Both the position numbers and the translations under genes were made by a program. Shown here piece by piece: positions 12,867 to 26,495 of a stretch of DNA of 64,000 bases (its first letter is position 1; the number at the start of each line of letters is the position of its first letter). The DNA comes from Amoebophrya sp. A120 (taxonomy: Eukaryota; Protista; Dinoflagellata), in contig CAJINV010000006.1 of the NCBI GenBank assembly GCA_905178155.1, positions 4,641,795-4,705,794 of the forward strand. The letters run 5' to 3'. Below the pieces are notes generated by a model. The model was not told the DNA's origin. It made no database searches and saw nothing but the letters and a program-made list of their open reading frames with translations.

Positions 12867-14417
12867 TCTTCGGGTGCTAGTACAACTACCGACAGATGAA
12901 GAAGCGAAGAAGTAGTTTTACTTTGATGTTGTCTTCACGTATGTATTTATTTTTTGAAAAGGCGACCGAAGACTATGACTACTTAGCAGTACCAGCAGTG
13001 GTGTTCTTCAGAAAGCAAAAAGGCGAAAAGATGTTGAAAAAGAACAGCACTGAAATTTTTCCAAAAACCATTTTGCCAGGACGCAGAAAAAGAAAAGCGA
13101 CGCCTGGAAAAGGAGAATTTGGTGACTTGTTCCAATCCATCCCGCGATTGATCTCAGTGTATAATCTTTGACGTAGCACGACTAGCCTTCCTTGTCTCTT
13201 TGATTCACTTTTTTATTTATTCGTGCTTGATGTGAGACCGCAATCTTCGCTCGGAGGAAAGCTCAGCTGCGAAGCTGCTACTCTTGACACGATGCCGTGT
13301 TGAGCAGGGTGTCAGACAGTGTCGGTCGTGTGTGGAGTAGTGTGCCCAGAAGTCACGTGCACGGATTTTCAGCTAGTTAAACAATCTCGATCGGTGATGT
13401 ACTACTTACTTTTACAACGACGAGTGAACCCAGCCCACCAAGAACACGTGTAGCAACAGAACAAAGAAATAGATCCCGAATGACAATGTAAATGACGCTG
13501 AGTGAAGATGAAGCCGATCATTCGTCCTTACGAAAAATCAGTCACACGAAAAGGGCAAAACTGAACCACTCACGATCTAGATCTGAAGATGAAAATCCGG
13601 CAAATTATGATCATATATAAACCGCAAGAAGTTGTAGTTCTTGTACGATCGTCATCATGTGGATCTACTACTTGTCATCCTCGGTGCAGTCGGAACGGCC
13701 AAGAAGTTTGCACCACGAGTGATCATCTTCGCTATATAATTTGTTTCATAAGTTAAATAGACTCTGTTCTTCGATCATTTTTGCACGAAAGCTGTGGACC
13801 TATCGGTCAAACAAGCACACTACTCGGTATAAAAATTAGCAACTCATGGTGATGAAATGAAGATGATGAGCGAGCAAGGATAAAGTAAAGCGATGACGGT
13901 CTACACCAAGAATGACAACACTAAAACACGAACCACGAACATCAGGCCCCTGATTATCTTAGTGATTGGCCTCGCAATAGTCAAGTCTTGGGCTTCTACC
14001 CACATAGGGTTCATTTATACACAACAGCACCGGCGTTCAGAGCGCGGGACCACAAAAGCAACTGCAACAGGTAGTCTAGTGCATTACGCGAGACACATGA
14101 AAATTGATTCGCTAAAACTAAAAGTAGAAACAATACTTCAGCTTGACCTTGACCCTCCCCCAAAAAGGCCTAGCTTCAATCCTTCGTCCGAATATCTTCG
14201 TTCTCGATTCACTAAAAAAGTCTGCGACGTCGTTTATCTTCGCACTCCAGGAGCTTTAGCTTTTCTTGATAAGTATTTTTTCTGTTCACACGGTAAGAGC
14301 AAGAATCGTAGGCGGGCTTATAGATAAAACAAAAACAGTTATAGCTTCTTTATTTTTTCTCGACGTTTCGGTTTTGCTTTTGGTCTGGCAAGCACGAGAA
14401 GCTGCAAAACCTGCAAA

Positions 14418-15568
14418 ATGAAGCTCCGCTTTCTTTCTGTCGTGTTGTTGTCGGGGGCCTGTTTCCACGAGGTCGCGGGACGAAGTCGTTGCTTTTCCTG
14501 TTTTCGACCGGCGTCGCCGAGCCAGGAGGATCAGCATTCTCGCTGGGAAGAAAGTTACGTCAGATTTCTTACATGGTTTAAGAAGGAAAACTGTGATGTA
14601 GGAGATACGGGCACTTACCACATTGACATTCCGGCCCTTGGCCTCGAGGACGTTCACAATCTTTTGAAAGCACAAGGTAGAAGGTCGCGCCAACGAGGTC
14701 GAGGAGTGCATCCGCTCCACGCCGTGTTTACGGCCGCGGATACCTACATCAAGTCAAATAACAAGGGCGAGCTGGATTCGCGACCGCCGGTTCAAGACCT
14801 GTTGCTCTTGCATCCGGAAATGCAAGCACAGAACTCGTGGTGTGTGGCTCCGGGCTTCGGGCTGCGTAGTAGTCCTCCCGACGGGGATCTATTAAATAGA
14901 TCTGGTGAAAAGTTTATTCCCGATGAAAGCTCAAGACAGGTAATTATTTTCCGAGCGAGTCTACCAAGCGAGAGCGACGGGTACTACGTTCGGGCGTGCC
15001 CCCTGCGTAATTGGGCCAAGCTCCTTCATCAAGAGAGGAATAAGCGGCGCCCCGTCTGGCTTCTCTCCGTCGTGCGCGCCGGTGCGGGCCGGAGGTTCCA
15101 GATATGAAAGCCTCAGGTTGGAAATCCTCAAAGTGGAAATAATTTGTGATGCAAAAAAACGACTCCAGTTGAAGCGGCATTAGTAGTCGGCGCATGACAA
15201 ATTTCCCGGGCACTTAAAGCATGTCTGTCATGCAGGCTAAGGCAAAGGGGTGCCCTTCTGTCGTGCTAAGCAGCATTCCAATTCTTCAACCTTAGCAGGA
15301 TAATAGTCGGCCTCCATTGCGTCCTCTGCAATACAGTCTTTTTTGCGTCGCATTCCATGCATCACAAATCATTTCCACTTTGAGGATTTCCATCCTGAGG
15401 CTTTCATACCAGACCAAGTTGACGTATTACCCACAGATGCCTACGTCGAGCTTGCTTGTCCTCTTGGGTGTCAGATCTGGACCGTCCGGCGAGTCGGAGG
15501 ACGTACAGACCCAAAACGCTGCCTACCAAAGTGAAAAGTGCCGCCCCGCAGGAGCTCTCAGTATGTAG
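14418..15568 (+). CDS. Hypothetical protein with signal peptide; 3' end uncertain
   Basis: MKLRFLSVVLLSGACF...; 229-aa ORF continues in frame after removing element 15103-15408. Confidence 0.5.
15103..15408. mobile_element. Introner, family L (TATGAAAGCCTCAGGTTGGAAATCCTCAAAGTGGAAA TIR)
   Basis: DR CCAGA; about 50-nt near-perfect TIR; close match to 22988-23295. Confidence 0.92.
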
Positions 15569-16023
15569 ATAAAGTAGAAACAGAAGAAATAAAGCGTTTA
15601 TTATATCTGACGCACATCATCTTGACCCTCGCCTTCGGCTTCCAACAGGAATAAATAGAAGCGCTTGTTTGTGTTGCATGATCAAGGAAGGCGGACTGCG
15701 GGCCCTCCTGGTCCAGATTGACTCTACGTGCGCACATCAGCCTCTGCTGCAAATTGCACGAAAAAAATGTTTCCAAGTTCTTGGGTACTAGCGGTAGGGG
15801 CACCTTTCATCATGACACCGCCCGCATGTTGTCCACTTGGCAGCGCCTGTTTCTCTCTCAAATCATCAATCCAAACGGGCCCCCTCCTCATCAACCCGTC
15901 AGCGAGCCAGGGCGCCAAAGCAGCGAGCGGGCCCGTAGCCAGGTCCCAAGTGCAGGCGGCCCAAGAATTTTCTACAGCTCTATTGGTTCCTCAGTGCACA
16001 AGACTTACAAGATTCAAGCCCTA

Positions 16024-16330
16024 TATGGATGTGTCAGAGTTGAAATCGACAAAGTTGAAATAATTTGCCATGCATAAAATGGATGCCAGTTGGAGCCCAG
16101 TTTCTAAGTGGCGCATGACAAATTTCGGCGGTCCCTAAATCCAGTTTGTCATGCTGTTTAGGCAAAGAAGAGCGATTTTCTCATGCTACTTTAGCAGCTC
16201 GAGCTGTAGCCCCAAACAGGCTTACAATCGGCCTCACTTGCCTGCTCTGCAACACACGTGCCGCGAGTCATGCATTTTATGCATTACAAATCATTTCAAC
16301 TTTGACGATTTCAAACCTGACGCTTCCATA
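16024..16330. mobile_element. Family E element
   Basis: DR CCCTA; nearly identical to 19913-20219; host gene unclear. Confidence 0.92.
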
Positions 16331-16447
16331 CCCTACCAGGTGGAGCAAGCACGGCGGCAAGAGTATTGGGTATCGCCTTCGCCAAACAAAAAGTGCGGCA
16401 GGCCTACGGCTTGGAGCCCCTTCACGTTGTTGCGGCGCGTGAAAAGC

Positions 16448-16601
16448 TATCCACAGTGAATTTATTCCCGTACACGTACAAATGCAGTCTGCGCATGACA
16501 AAACTTGCCTTCAGTCCTAGTTTAGCATGACAGGTTGGACACTGCAAGCTAGTGAAATTGGTCACGCATTCTGTACATGTACGGGAAATTTGTATTGCAT
16601 A
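16448..16601. mobile_element. Family J element
   Basis: DR AAAGC/AAAAC; similar to 9925-10090; host gene unclear. Confidence 0.88.
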
Positions 16602-16917
16602 AAAACCTTGGCGGACAAACAGTACGCATAGGTTGCAGAGGCGTCGCGCTCACAGCTCAAGAAAGTGAAAGCATCAGTTTGCTTTTCATAGCGCAGGCCA
16701 TTTTTTATACTATCATGGCTCCTGCTCTTGCTTTTTTGGTCATGATATTGAGGACAACGCAACCCAAGTCACTTCTCAGTGAAGAAGAGTGATCGTTTTG
16801 CTCATTGTCATTGTTCTTGTTGACCATAACGCCAAGGTTTGTCTTCTCTTGAAGCATCAAGCGCATATCTCTCCTTGGCGGCAAGTGGTCTCCCATGTAA
16901 ACGTAAAGCGATAAGCT

Positions 16918-17224
16918 TATGGAAGCGTCAGGTTTGAAATCGTCAAAGTTGAAATAATTTGCAATGCATCAAATGCATGGCCCGAGGTACGTGTGTTGCA
17001 GAGCAGGCAAGTGAGGCCGATTGTAAGCCTGTTTGGGTTTACAGCTCGAGCTGCTAAAGTAGCATGAGAAAATCACTCCTTTTTGCCTAAACAGCATGAC
17101 AAACTGGATTTCGGCACTACCCAAATTTGTCATGCGCCACTTGGAAACTGGGTTACAACTGGCATCCATTTTATGCATGGCAAATCATTTCAACTTTGAC
17201 GATTTCGATCCTGACAGTTCCATA
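16918..17224. mobile_element. Family E element, reverse orientation, apparently intergenic
   Basis: DR AAGCT; reverse complement of the 16024 type. Confidence 0.92.
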
Positions 17225-18184
17225 AAGCTGATCATGTAAAAATCATGGACCCAGAAGCTCTTCAAGAGAATGAGAAGTCAGGGCCTAGTACTTCTAGCGC
17301 AGGAGGTGACTTCTACGGACGAACAAATAAGATTGATTTGGATGCTAAAGATGTTTTCCTTTTCGGCGACTGTGATCAAGATCATGCCGTATTTGCAACG
17401 CATACACGCAGACGTGAACCGCTTTGTGCAGGATTTTTTGAGTTTGGGCCCCAGCAATATCCAGGCACAAGATGCGAGGAAGTGGGCTACCGCAGTGACC
17501 AGTTATGCGGCTGATTTAAGTCGTGAGCGGAGGGTTCCCGATTTGGTAAATCAGATAGATGATGACGATGATGATGACCAGTGACGGCGCAATGCTCTGT
17601 AGAAGGAGCAGCGACCTGCGGTGGAAAAAAAAAGGTCCTCCCGACGAGCACCAGGGGTCGAGTAGAAAACATGTAAGTACAATTTGAACTCCACGTGTGC
17701 GGAAATCCTGCTCTATGAAATACAAAAGCAAATCGTACTAGTAGTAACGTGGAGGATGGAAGACGCGCAGTAACGTGGAGGAAGGACGAAGTAGACGGGA
17801 TGATGACAATAATGCATAAAGTATTTTTTTGAACAGCAAGAATCAAGATGATGATGGGGTGAGTGCGGAGACGGCGATGGAAGAAGACGGTTTTTCTGAA
17901 AAGTGCAACTCTGCGAACTCAAACGTCGCTGTTGCCAAGAAAGTCAGTCGCATGCAGAGGACACGTTTCCTCCTGCTTGCGCGTTTTGATATGGGTGGAC
18001 TGAGTGCTTCATGATGCAGTCTGTTCATGCACTTTCCAGATGCGCAAGCAGCTTGATTGCTGTACAACTTTCGAAGATTCCGACGCGCAAGGCTTGTGCC
18101 TCGCACGCACTAACTTCAGTAGAGTAAAGCACTCTTCATGTGTTCGCCCCGACTTGGAAGCAGAGACGTCGGTGCGGTCGTGCA

Positions 18185-19840
18185 GGTAAAAAGTTATATA
18201 TGATTTATGCCATATAATTTCGGTATCATTCTGTTTTGGCTCGGTCAGCAACTTTTCGAGTGTAATCATGATGTCGGTTGGCAACATGTTGTCATGGAGA
18301 TGGGCGCGGTGTAGTTGCAGATTTATTGGCTCTGGCGCCAGTCCACCACCTTCATGATCAACATTGAATCGCTGTTGAGGACGTTCTCGGTGTGGTAAGT
18401 TAATAGCTGTTGACCTTTTGATCATGGTGTCCTCCTCTTCCTCGGTTGACACAGCAATACGCTTCTTTTACCGGCGTTCATATTAATTCGGTTATCCTCT
18501 GGTGGTGTCTACTCACGACCACGTTTTCTGGTGAGGCGTGTACAATCGGTCGCTAGTATACATGAATCCATCTTCAACTTCCACCGACGAGCCCATGTAG
18601 TTTTTCTTTTTTCATCATCCAACATCGTTCTTCTTACATTCCTACTTTCAGTTCCAAGATTTTTTCCGACTTCTATCGAGTTGATGTATAATCAAACTTC
18701 GTAGTAAATTCTTTTTACTCAGTACCATGATGAAGATGTCTAGTATGATACATTGCTTCTATCGCGCAGCTCTTCTCGGCTACTTCTACTTCTTAGCGCA
18801 TGATGAAGAGTTCGAAAAAGGAAACCAGAAATTATATGCAAATCCCTTGCTGGTGACGCGCTGCCGCTTTTAGAAAAGTGTTTTTCGCTTGCGACTACGT
18901 ACTGGTATCTATTGTGTTCAACGAATTCCATGGAGAATTGTTCCTGGCCGGAGATGATCCATTCAATCTTTAGGCCGATCATAATTCCCACCAAATAGAT
19001 ATAATCATCATGTGCTGGTGAGGAGCATCAGGACTGCAGCTGAACACACCTGCTCGGTTTGGATTTCCTTGATGTCTTTTCCAGCACGCGCCGCGCCAGA
19101 CATAAGAGAAAGGAGAACGTTGCACCAGCAGCTTCTCCAAGACCGTGTCTCTCTAGAGCAAGTTGACATCGGTATTGGAAAGGTATATAAAAAGTTATAA
19201 CTTATAATTCCATATTTCGGCTCTTGTGTAGTTGCCTCGGTCAGCAACTTTTGTTTCGAATATAGTCATGATGTCGGGTGGCAACATGGTCATGGACCAC
19301 TCGGTGTTGCAGATTGGCTCTGGCCCCAGTCAATGTCTACCTTCATGATCAACATTCAATCGCTGTTGAGGACGTCAGTGTGGTAAAGTTAATTGCTGAC
19401 CTTCTAATCATGGTGTCTGTGCTCCTCCCCCTCGGCCTCGGTTGACACAGCAATAGCTTCTTTTACGTTCATACTTATTCGGTTGAGAATATTGGTTGCT
19501 TCTCTGGTGTCTACTAGTACAAGTACGCAAAAGCGCGTTTTCTGGTCGGCGTGTACTTCTTCTATCGGTCGCTACTACAATAAATCCATCTCATTTTTTT
19601 ACTACTTTTGGCGACGAACGCGGATGTAGAAGTTTTTCTTTTTTCATCATCCAGCATCATTCTTGTCCTCTGACATTCCTCCTTTCAGTTCCAAGATTTT
19701 TCCCGACCATCGAGTTGATGTATTAAACTTCTAGTAAATTGAAATTCTTTCGGCTTATCATGAGCAGCATGAAGATGTCTAGCAAGAAATGCAAAATACA
19801 TTGCAGCTCTCGCGCAGCTCTTCTCGGCTACTTCTTAGCG
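18185..19840 (+). repeat. Diverged tandem duplication (about 18185-18800 vs 19188-19840) of the upstream region and first codons of phosphatase paralog 1
   Basis: Collinear shared blocks, e.g. CTCGGTCAGCAACTTTT, ACCTTCATGATCAACATT, CTTTCAGTTCCAAGATTTTT, CGCGCAGCTCTTCTCGGCTACTTCT. Confidence 0.85.
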
Positions 19841-22800
19841 GATAGTCCGCCTCTCAGCAGCGTCTTCTTGGACAAAATTTCTGGGTCTTTCTATTATACT
19901 GCGCACCAGGAATATGGATGTGTCAGAGTTGAAATCGACAAAGTTGAAATAATTTGCCATGCATAAAATGGATCTCAGTTGGAACCCAGTTTCCAAGTGG
20001 CGCATGACAAATTTCGGTGGTCCCTAAATCCAGTTTGTCATGCTGTTTAGGCGAAGAAGAGCGATTTTCTCATGCTACTTTAGCAACTCGAGCTGTAACC
20101 CCAAACAGGCTCACAATCGGCCTCACTTGCCTGCTCTGCAACACACGCGCCTCGGGTCATGCATTTTATGCATTACAAATTATTTCAACTTTGACGATTT
20201 CAAACCTGACGCTTCCATAAGGAAGTCCAAGTCGAAGTAGTCCAAGTCGGTCTGCAACATCGCAGCTTCAACATCGGCGTGGCAGCGGAACTGTTGAACT
20301 TATCCTGTGCAAAAGTATCGTATTCGTATAAAGGCAAGTCTTGCATTACAAATCTTTATCTGAAGGGAAATCCGCATTACAAATTTTCTGTCTCATGCTG
20401 TTTGAGGAAATTTGTAATGCATTTATACGAGTACGATACTCTTGCAGTTCATAAAGCTTGCCTCAGACGATGAAGGTATCAACTGGAAACATGTCTGGGT
20501 CTCCTAGAAGGATGCGAACTTGTCATGCAGATTTTACATGGAGGCCCGTGACGTCTGTGATGTATTTCCCTGGCATCACAGATTTTCTGAGTGCTTCTTA
20601 ATTCCTATTCCGCATGACAAATGGGTTCGTCCCCGCGTAGCAGAAACTGGACTCCTCTTGCTGTTCATGCAATACAGATTTTTCTAGAGTCCAACGTTAG
20701 CATCACAAGTTCCAACTTTCCAGACCCAGACACTTTTGCAATCCATAGAAGGATGCGCGGGACCAAATCGCGGCTGCGGAGATTGAAGGGCCGTGGCGCG
20801 TGGCTCCGGGCATAGGGCTATGAGAATGCATCACTTGTCCCCCTCCCCCTCATTTGTATTGCATGAACAGCAATGCAAGCGTCAGCAAGAATACAGGTTT
20901 TGCATGACAACTTTGGACAGGAGTGCAATGCTATTTGGGCTGTGTCAGAACTTGTCATGCAAACAGTGTCAAGAGCCAAGGCGTAAGTTAGGTATTTTGC
21001 ATGACAAATGAGGGGGAGGCGGGGGGGTTGTGCAACTCTCATAAGGGCAGCAACATCGCAGCTTCAACATCGGCGTCGCGGCGGAACTTCTCGGGGAAAA
21101 AAACCAAAATGAGCAGCAGCAACGACAGCTGGAAATAACCAGGTGGCTCTGGCCGCTCGGCACGACTTCCTTCTGGGACTCCTTTCCTCCGTCGCCGCGG
21201 ACCGCTTCGTCCACAGGAAATAAGGAAAAACACAACACGAGGAACAAGGCGGGCAATAAACAAGAGAAGCCGCCCGCCAGCATGACATCGAGCCCCTCTA
21301 GTAGAAGTAGTTCCACTTCGGTGCAAAGAGCAAGAGCCGTCGAGCAGTCCTCAAAGGGTGGTGCTGATACCAACGAACACCAGAAGTTGGACCAGCAAGA
21401 GAAGTCGGAACAAAGCGAAAGCCAGGATCTTCTGGCACAACTTCCGGATGAAGAAGTACAATTAGGACCGGGGACGAAAAATGTTGGAACTGCGCCGGCT
21501 GTTGACAACATTTCTGACACAACAACTTCGTCGGCCGATGATGTCTCTGAAGATGGAGTTTCGACTTCTTCTCTTTCATCAGCAGGGGCCGCTTCTTCCA
21601 CTTCCTCTCCCAGTACTACAGTCATCACCTCCATCGCGGACGTGCACGGGGATTTTGCCACCACCGTGAAAGCCTTGCAACTTGCGAACATCATCGACGC
21701 AAACCACGACTGGATCGCGGGGACACAGACCTTGGTATGCTGTCGTGCAAGAGTATCGTAAACTCGTGCTAATTGCAGATTTGCATTACAGATCTACGTT
21801 TTCTACTTCAAGTAGGTAAATCCGCATTACAAATTAAGTCTGTAATTCTGAGCCAATTTGTATATGCAATTTATACGTCGTTGTAGTGCGATACTTATTT
21901 TGCAATGGATACTTGGTGCAGAACGGCGATGTTGTCGACCGCGGAAACCACGCACTATGCATTGCAAAGACCCCTGGATGTGGTCTGGAAGGTTGCAAGA
22001 ACTTGTGATGCTGTTTGTAGATTCTAGAAAAACTGGTATTGCTTGACCAGCAAGAGGAGCCACGTTCTTTGTGCTACGCGGGGACGTCGAGGGTATTTCT
22101 CATGCGGAACAGGCATGCTCAGGAAGGGTTCGAAAAAACTGTGACGGTAGGGCATACATCACAGACACTCATGGATCACGCATGACATGCCTGGAAATCT
22201 TCCAGACCCAGACATGTTTGCATTTGATACGCGCGCGAGATCTACGATTTACTTTTCAAGTTGCAGGACCAGGCCGCTGCCGCTGGCGGGAAGGTGGTGT
22301 TGATTCTGGGAAACCACGAGCAGATGCGCATGCAGGGAATCCTGAAGTACCAGGGCCGGCACGAATCCAGTTGGGCGGCACAAGAAGAGAACAAGAGCCC
22401 GGAAGCTGGAGAACAAGAAGTAGATGCGCCGGGTGCGGCACGACCTGTGAACAAGATTCTGTCCGCAAAGGAAAATGCTCTGGCGGGCGAAAAAGCCTGG
22501 GCACCGGGGGGCTGGCTACATTCCGAAATCGAACGAAGATTTACGGCGATGGCAGTCGTTGGAAAGTCTCTCTACCTGCACGCGAGCTTGCAGAAGGTGT
22601 TTTTGGAAGAGCTGAACTACTTTGCGAGAGAAGTTGTAGTGGCTGAAAGGAGAAGAGCTCGACAAGAATCTTCAGAAGTGGGTGGGCTCCCCTATGACCT
22701 GCTCAGATATTACAATCTCAAACGTTACATATAGAATCTGGGTTTCGTGTTGCATAATAAGCATGACAGACTCGCAGAGCGTTCCACTTTCTGCAATACA

Positions 22801-25211
22801 AATTTCGCCGGATTGTAGTGAGGTTTGGGACTCTGGAACTTGTCATGCGCAATCCTGTGAGAGTGGGCTAGGACATGCGCTCTTGCATCACAGATCTCCA
22901 TATTCTATTAAAACGTTTGAGATTGTAACAGCTGAGCAGGTTATATCCCCCTGCCTGGGGACCAGGACGATGAGAGCGAGGACTCAGTATGAAAGCCCCA
23001 GGTTGGAAATCCTCAGAGTGGAAATAGTTTGTGATGCAGGAGAGCACTCCAGTTGAAGCGCCACTTCTAGGCGGCGCATGACAAATTTACCGGGCACTCA
23101 AAGTAGCATGCCTGTCATGCTGGTTAACGCAAAGGGGTGCCTTTCTCTCGTGCTAAGCAGCACTCCAATTCTTAACCCGTAGCAGGACGATGGTCGGCTT
23201 CCATTGCGTCCTCTGCAATACAGCCTTTGCGTCGCATTTCATCATGCATCACAAATTATTTCCACGTTGAGGGTTTCCATTCTGAGGCTTTCATACTCAG
23301 ACGAAGATTCAGATTCCCTCTACTCTTACCCCGGTGATTCTGAAGACCTTCCCTTGCCGCTCTCTCCCAACCTGCGAGAGAAGGTGATCCAACTATTCAA
23401 CGAAAACACGTTCAAGGCGCTCCGGTACGAAAACGACGACGACGGGGAGAACTACTTCTGGGTCGACAGCAAGCGGTCCGTCTTCTGTATGCAAGAAAAA
23501 AACTGTGTATAGTGTAAATCTGTGTTGCAGGGGATGAAAGACACTTACACTTGTCATGCTGGACATGCGTCAGAGGTTTGCAGCTTCGTACGTGTTTTCA
23601 CGTACTAGCTGCGCATGCGAGATTTTCTCTTTCATGCAGTAGAGCACATTTGTGATGCTGTTCCTCCACGAATAAAGTTACACTTACACACTTTTTTGCT
23701 TGGATATTCTGGTCGCGCGATTACGCAGCAGAATGTGACTACGGGAGTCTCAGGATCGAAATCGTCAAAGTTGAAATGGTTTGTCATGCATAAAGCCGAT
23801 ACCAGTTGGAAGCCCACTTATCAAGCGGCGCGCCGCAAATTTTCGGAGCTGCACCGGGATCCAATTTGTCATGCTGTTTGGACAAAGAAGACTGCTTTTG
23901 TCATGCTCCTTTAGGAGCTCTATCCCAAATAACCCTAAGTAGGCTCACAACCTGCCTCACTTGCCATCCCGGCAAGACAGGCAATTCATGCCTTGCATTC
24001 TATGCCTGACAAATCATTTCAACTTTGTCGATTTCAAACCTGACGCTTCCATAGTGACCTGATGGGGGAAATTGCGGAGTTTTTCGGGGTCAAGCGGATT
24101 ATTGGAGGCCACACGATTCAGAAAGACGGGCTGATTATGCATTGCAAAAGTATCGTACTCGTATAAATGCATTGCAAATTTCCTCCGCATGAGAAAAAAA
24201 ATTGTAATGCGGATTTACCTTGAAGAACAAGCTTTGTAATGCGTGGGCATGCTTGCAATTACTACGAGTGCGATACTTTTGCACAGGATACTGATTACGT
24301 CGAAATGCGACGGACAGATCATCCTTGCGGACACGGCTTTGTCGAGTGCGTACTGGAACGCGTACCCCCGCGGGCAACTTTCTTTGATTCGAATCACGGC
24401 AGAGGATGGGGAAGAGAAAACCATGGATTTTCTTTACGAAGATCCAACCAATCGGGATAAATCACTTTTAGCGGTGCCGCAGACCGTTGATATTGCGGTT
24501 AATATGCCAGCACGAGGACGACCGGAGGTAAAAATTATCGACGTGCCTGAAGACGAGATGGAGGACTCAGAGGTATCAGATGATGATTCCAGTGAAGAAG
24601 ATGACGATGATCTAGACGAGGACGTGGAGGACGAGGAGCTGCTGCTACCTCCCGGTACAGCTACTAGCCCAAGGCCAAGTCGTGAACTACAACAGGAAAA
24701 AATAAACCACGAACCGTCTAAAACCAAGCACTTTCCTCGGGCTGTTCTACTTGAGCATGCTTCTACTTCACCTCGTCCTGGAGCTGCTGCCGGCACGAAA
24801 CACGCGAAGGCACGAAATGCGCAACCACGTATCGCAAGAGCTTCCAACGTCTTGCCACTGGGGCTGGGGGCCATGAAGATAAAGCCATCTTCTCCCAAGA
24901 AACCTTCACCCACGAAGATGAAAACACCACGCAAGGACCACCTCTCCTTGAAAAAAAAGGAGCAGGATCCCCGAATCAGTAGAGAGGAGCAGGTACGCGA
25001 AGGAGTGCCGAAGAAGGTTCATCAACCAGTTGTACCAGCACCTCTACTGCTCCCTCGGAGGCCGAGTCTTGATTTTTCCGAAGACAAAAAGCACCCGGGC
25101 CGCCGTGGTCTGAGAAATTATGTGGACAAAGGCCGTAGACAAGAACGTGAACGGGGCTCCGGGTTGCGGAAGAACGGCGGAGCAGTGCTGTCTTCTACAG
25201 AAGGTGAATGA
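19760..25211 (+). CDS. Shewanella-like / calcineurin-like metallophosphoesterase, paralog 1 (11 introner introns)
   Basis: Spliced motifs IADVHGD, QNGDVVDRGNH, LGNHE, LHAS, IIGGHT, LADTALS. Start inferred from frame continuity across elements 19913-21043. Confidence 0.85.
19913..20219. mobile_element. Introner, family E
   Basis: DR AGGAA. Confidence 0.92.
20301..20453. mobile_element. Introner, family B
   Basis: DR GAACT/AAGCT. Confidence 0.85.
20477..20747. mobile_element. Introner, family A
   Basis: DR GAAGG. Confidence 0.9.
20819..21043. mobile_element. Introner, family C (opposite orientation to 6970)
   Basis: DR AGGGC. Confidence 0.9.
21736..21911. mobile_element. Introner, family B
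   Basis: DR CTTGG; restores QTLVQNGD. Confidence 0.9.
21956..22229. mobile_element. Introner, family A (opposite orientation to 20477)
   Basis: DR CGCAC/CGCGC; restores GNHAREIY. Confidence 0.9.
22693..22945. mobile_element. Introner, family I (opposite orientation to 6310)
   Basis: DR TCCCC. Confidence 0.9.
22988..23295. mobile_element. Introner, family L
   Basis: DR CTCAG. Confidence 0.92.
23488..23706. mobile_element. Introner, family D
   Basis: DR TTCTG; restores SVFWSRDY. Confidence 0.9.
23740..24053. mobile_element. Introner, family E
   Basis: DR GTGAC; starts TAC. Confidence 0.9.
24136..24290. mobile_element. Introner, family B
   Basis: DR CTGAT. Confidence 0.9.
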
Positions 25212-26495
25212 TCTACAACTTCGTGTAGTGGTCGCATCTGCATCAAAGAGAAAGAACAACAGCAGCCACGACTCGTAAAGTTGGAACTGGTGGGGGATAA
25301 ATTTTTGGTAGACTCAGAATCATGGAGTGAAGGTGCAGCTACTAGACGAGAGGGAAAAATCTTGTGAAAAATTTGTCATAGCGTAGAAGTAGTAAGTTGC
25401 TTTTCTTACTATTTCGACATGTCTAATTCTGAAGTTGCTGTTGCTCATCGCCACTTATATTTTTTGCTTACTTACATTGTGATTTTCATTTTTCTGCATA
25501 AATTTCTTTTTCTAGTGCTTCATCTCTTTCTACAAGCTGACGGATCAAAAAGGAAACTTTTTCGTATCCGCAGCGGAAAAATAAAACAATATGGACAACT
25601 GACACTGAGTTGTGTTAGTCTTAGTTCTCTTATTTTTGCCTTCACCTACACGACGAACTGTGTTTCGTGGTACATTCATGTTGACCTACACGGTTTTTCA
25701 GTAATACTTATCTTTGTACACATTGACATTTGTTGACATTTCTAAATTTTGAGCAATGACGATTTTTTCTCATCGGAAGAAAAAGAAATCAGACTACTGT
25801 AGATGCAAAGTAATATACGCGAACGCCATGTTGAGTTCGAGTTGGTAATAAAACCAGGATCACATCTTGATCGCAGATGAAGAACCCGATAAAACAAAAC
25901 AGAAGACAAACAACTCCAAGTAGCCGATGATGAATTCGAGTTGGCAGTAAGACAGTGAAGATGTTTTGATCGCAAAAAAGCACGTAGTTCTAACTAAAGT
26001 ACACGACCACACGACTCATGAGCAGGTTTAAATTCACCAGCACATCCGTGCAAAAGTGGAAAACGGCTTGGTCGGGCCGTGGTTTTCAATCGAAAACGTA
26101 GTTTTGTTCTGTCCACCGATCTCTTCTACTTAAATAAGAACATGAACAATTATCCGCCACTTGCACTTTCGCACATGTCGTGTATATTAACTTCAGGCTT
26201 TTCCCTTTTTTTCTGGATAGGAAGAAAAGTAAAAATTCTATAGATCACACCACATACTTCTGTCTCATTGATTTTCATATCTCACTGAAAATAAGTTTAT
26301 TATTATTTCGCTTTCGGTTTCAAAAGTACTACCCTGTACTACTTCTAATTATCCGCCTAAAAAAAAAAAATATAATTATCCAATTCCAAACCTTATACTT
26401 TCGCCCCCGCCACTGTGGAGGCCCTGATAAATCAATTTGCCCCGACGAAATTCTCACGAGTACTAGTTCCACTCTGAAATATTGGACCTGAAATC

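Noticed and set aside
18233-18244. TTTTGGCTC resembling a dinoflagellate spliced-leader relic
   Set aside because: Only 9 nt, lacks the terminal AAG and is not conserved in the duplicate copy.
18009-18452. 147-aa minus-strand ORF
   Set aside because: Non-ATG start, overlaps the duplicated upstream region, and the frame is broken in the second copy.
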